This document shows positions 61,775 to 64,000 of a DNA stretch of 64,000 nt, piece after piece. Position numbers and translations under genes: made by a program. The DNA comes from an uncultured Candidatus Kuenenia sp. (GTDB taxonomy: Bacteria > Planctomycetota > UBA11346), in contig CAZZJC010000017.1 in assembly GCA_964654285.1 (NCBI GenBank), positions 16,527 to 80,526 of the forward strand, read 5' to 3'. Under the pieces are notes generated by a model. It was given only the letters and a program-made list of their open reading frames with translations. It was not told the origin of the DNA and did not search any database. Numbering within the stretch: position 1 is the first letter of the stretch; every line of letters starts with the position of its first letter.

Positions 61775-64000
61775 ATGCTTTCCGAACGCCCCTCCCTGTG
61801 GCCCTTCCTGGTCCTCGCCGGCGTCTTCGGCCTGTCCGCCCTGCTGGGCTGCGGCCAGGACGCGGCGTGGTCGGCCTGCCTGCGCATCGACGACGGACAT
61901 CCCGCCGCCGCGACCCTGCACGCGGCGGTCGACGTGGTGAAGGTCTTCGGTCGCGGCGAGGTGCTGGTGCTGGTCGCGTTGCTGCTGGGTGCGCTGGGAC
62001 GCAGGCGGACGGCGGTGCAGATCCTGATCGCCGCCCTGATCGTGGCGGTGGCGGTCACCGCGCTCAAGCACGGGGTCGACCGCATCCGTCCCAACGGCGG
62101 GCCGCTGTCGTTCCCCAGCGGCGATACCGCGACCGCCTTCGCCATCGCGGTGCCGCTGGCGGTGCTCGGGCGCTGGTGGCTGGGCGTGCCGGCATTGCTC
62201 GTCGCTGTCCTGGTCGGGCTCGGGCGGGTGGTCCAGGGCTGGCATTATCCGAGCGATGCGCTGGCCGGTGCGGCGTTGGGAATCCTGGCCGGGGTCGCCG
62301 CGCTGCGGTTTTCACGGAACGCGGACCTCCGGTCCGCAACCACGCCCGAGCCGCCCATAGGGTCGCGTTCCGGGTGGGCCCACTGGTGCGAACGCCTCCT
62401 CGCCATCCCGTGGCGCTGGTGGCTGGGCGCGGCGATCGCGTACGCCGGGATCGGCAGCCTGCTGGTGCTCCTGTTCGGCGGCGCCAACGACCGGGTCTGG
62501 ATCCTGGTCTTCCTCGCGATCTGGGGTCCGGCGCTGGGGTTGCTGATCTTCGCCCGCTGGTTGCGTGCCCGCAGCCGGCGGTCTGCAGCAGCGGCAGGGC
62601 CGGGGCGCTGGCGCATCGCGCTCCTGCTCGCCGGCCTCGTCGCCGCGTATGCGCTCATCGCCGCCGCGACCACGCTGTGGGACCGCGACGAACCCCGCAA
62701 TGCCAAGGCCGCGCTCGAGATGATCGAACGCGGCGACTACGTCGTGCCGCACCTCAATGGCGAGCTGCGGCTGCACAAACCGGTGCTGGCGTATTGGCTG
62801 ATGGCCGGTTCGACGCGGGTGTTCGGTCTGACCGACTGGGCGGTGCGCCTGCCGGCGATCCTGGGTGCGGCGGTGAGCGTGTTCGCGACCTGGTGGATCC
62901 TGCGTCGGTTGACGCGCGGACCGCCCGGGCAGGAAGCAGCGCCGGCCCCGAGCGCAGCGCCGGTCTATGCCGCGCTGGTGTTCGCCTGCACACCGCTGTT
63001 GATGATTTCCGGCACCGCCGCGACGCACGACGCGTGGCTGGTCGCCTCGATCTGCCTGGCGATGGCCGCATTCATCTACGTGCTGGTGCCGCGCGAGGGC
63101 ATTGCGGTGAAACCGTGCTGGGGTGCGACGGTGGTGCTCGGCGTCGCGCTCGGCCTGGCGCAACTGGCGAAGGGGCCGGTCGGCCTGCTGGTTCCGCTGC
63201 TCGCCATCGGTGGCGCCTGGGCGCTCCTGGGGCGGCAGGCGCGGCTGGGCCGCATCTATGCGGTGCACCTCCTGGTCGCGGTGCTGATCGGCATCGGCGC
63301 CTTCCTCGCCTGGGCGATCCCGGCGAACAACGCGACTGGTGGCGAGTTCGCCCGCGAGGGTCTTGGCCGCCATGTGCTGTACCGCATCGGCCTGGCGGAT
63401 CTCGCGGATCGTCTTGACCTGACACCGCACGGTGAGCCGCCGAAGAACGGCATGGAAGGCCACGGCGGCCCGATCTTCTACTACGTCCCCGTTTTGCTGG
63501 GCACGTTCTTCCCCTGGGTCGCGCTGCTGCCGCTGGCGGTGGTGAGACTCTGGCGGCGGCGCCTGGGATCGCCGCAGCTGACCGCCGTCGTGCTCGCCTG
63601 GTTCGTGCCGGCGTTCGTCGTGGTCAGCCTCGCCACCACCAAGCTGCCGCACTACCTGCTGCCCGCCTTCCCCGCCCTGGCGCTGGCGGTCGGCGCGGTG
63701 CTGGCCGGCGGCGCGCTGGACCGCACCGAGCGTCGCGCCCTGGCGCTCGGCTGGTGGGTGACCGCTGCGGTGATGGTGGTCGGCGGTCTCGGGCTGGTCT
63801 GCTTCCTGATGGTGCCGTGGTTCGTCTGGTGGCCGGGCAAGGCGATCCCCATCCCCGGCGCGGTCGCCCCGGCGGCGGCGGCGGGCCTGGTCCTGCTCGC
63901 GCTGGCACTCACCGGCAGGCGCGCGGCGCGGGGTCAGCGCCTGCCTCTGCTCGCGCAGACGTTCGTCGCCGGTCTCGCCATGCTGATGCTGGTGCTGTGC
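61775..64000 (+). CDS. PAP2 phosphatase fused to an ArnT/PMT_2-type GT-C glycosyltransferase, 3' end outside window
   Basis: Absent from the ORF track. Manual translation: KHGVDRIRP, FPSGD, GRVVQGWHYPSD, then in frame LWDRDEPRNA..EM..GDYVVP.LNG..RLHKP, KGPVG, FFPW, TKLPHYLLPAFP. Confidence 0.85.
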   Translation, partial: MLSERPSLWPFLVLAGVFGLSALLGCGQDAAWSACLRIDDGHPAAATLHAAVDVVKVFGRGEVLVLVALLLGALGRRRTAVQILIAALIVAVAVTALKHGVDRIRPNGGPLSFPSGDTATAFAIAVPLAVLGRWWLGVPALLVAVLVGLGRVVQGWHYPSDALAGAALGILAGVAALRFSRNADLRSATTPEPPIGSRSGWAHWCERLLAIPWRWWLGAAIAYAGIGSLLVLLFGGANDRVWILVFLAIWGPALGLLIFARWLRARSRRSAAAAGPGRWRIALLLAGLVAAYALIAAATTLWDRDEPRNAKAALEMIERGDYVVPHLNGELRLHKPVLAYWLMAGSTRVFGLTDWAVRLPAILGAAVSVFATWWILRRLTRGPPGQEAAPAPSAAPVYAALVFACTPLLMISGTAATHDAWLVASICLAMAAFIYVLVPREGIAVKPCWGATVVLGVALGLAQLAKGPVGLLVPLLAIGGAWALLGRQARLGRIYAVHLLVAVLIGIGAFLAWAIPANNATGGEFAREGLGRHVLYRIGLADLADRLDLTPHGEPPKNGMEGHGGPIFYYVPVLLGTFFPWVALLPLAVVRLWRRRLGSPQLTAVVLAWFVPAFVVVSLATTKLPHYLLPAFPALALAVGAVLAGGALDRTERRALALGWWVTAAVMVVGGLGLVCFLMVPWFVWWPGKAIPIPGAVAPAAAAGLVLLALALTGRRAARGQRLPLLAQTFVAGLAMLMLVLC

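Noticed and set aside
3855-61940. Many long antisense or alternate-frame ORFs (e.g. 3855..5678, 5710..7542, 7924..9675, 19367..21844, 40003..42354, 43960..46410, 59775..61940)
   Set aside because: Expected in high-GC DNA with strong GC3 bias; they overlap motif-supported genes and have no recognisable motifs.

Overview
64 kb of high-GC bacterial chromosome. A PVC/Planctomycetota origin is my inference from gene style: PilM-PilN fusion, C-terminally extended ECF sigma factor, FHA-GAF sigma-54 activator, FGE and PQQ-propeller secreted proteins. The backbone is housekeeping: topA (partial), gluQ, pilM cluster, pdxJ-bioF-tldD-pmbA, thyA-folA-queF, uppP, cobU-cobS, amtB, cstA, sppA, rmuC and a partial PAP2-ArnT gene. 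I see no tRNA, rRNA, CRISPR array, integrase or transposase. Main observations: (1) a lower-GC block at ~50.3-58.2 kb encodes a Ralstonia phcBSR/Q-like methyl-ester quorum-sensing locus with two receiver/pseudo-kinase paralogs and an embedded non-RD Ser/Thr kinase, close to an FHA-domain sigma-54 activator; (2) a 3.8 kb GH36+AraC islet is flanked by a 107-bp duplication of the 3' end of a SagB-type gene; (3) a 101-bp MITE has 20-bp TIRs and a 10-bp TSD; (4) an exact 2x141-bp repeat is packed with strand-biased C(GNA)G mini-hairpins; (5) two tandem secreted paralogs have variable aromatic C-terminal loops; (6) there are CstA-YbdD, PAP2-ArnT and PilM-PilN fusions and an ECF gene broken by a single in-frame TAG. 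All family calls come from motif recognition by eye, with no database searches.
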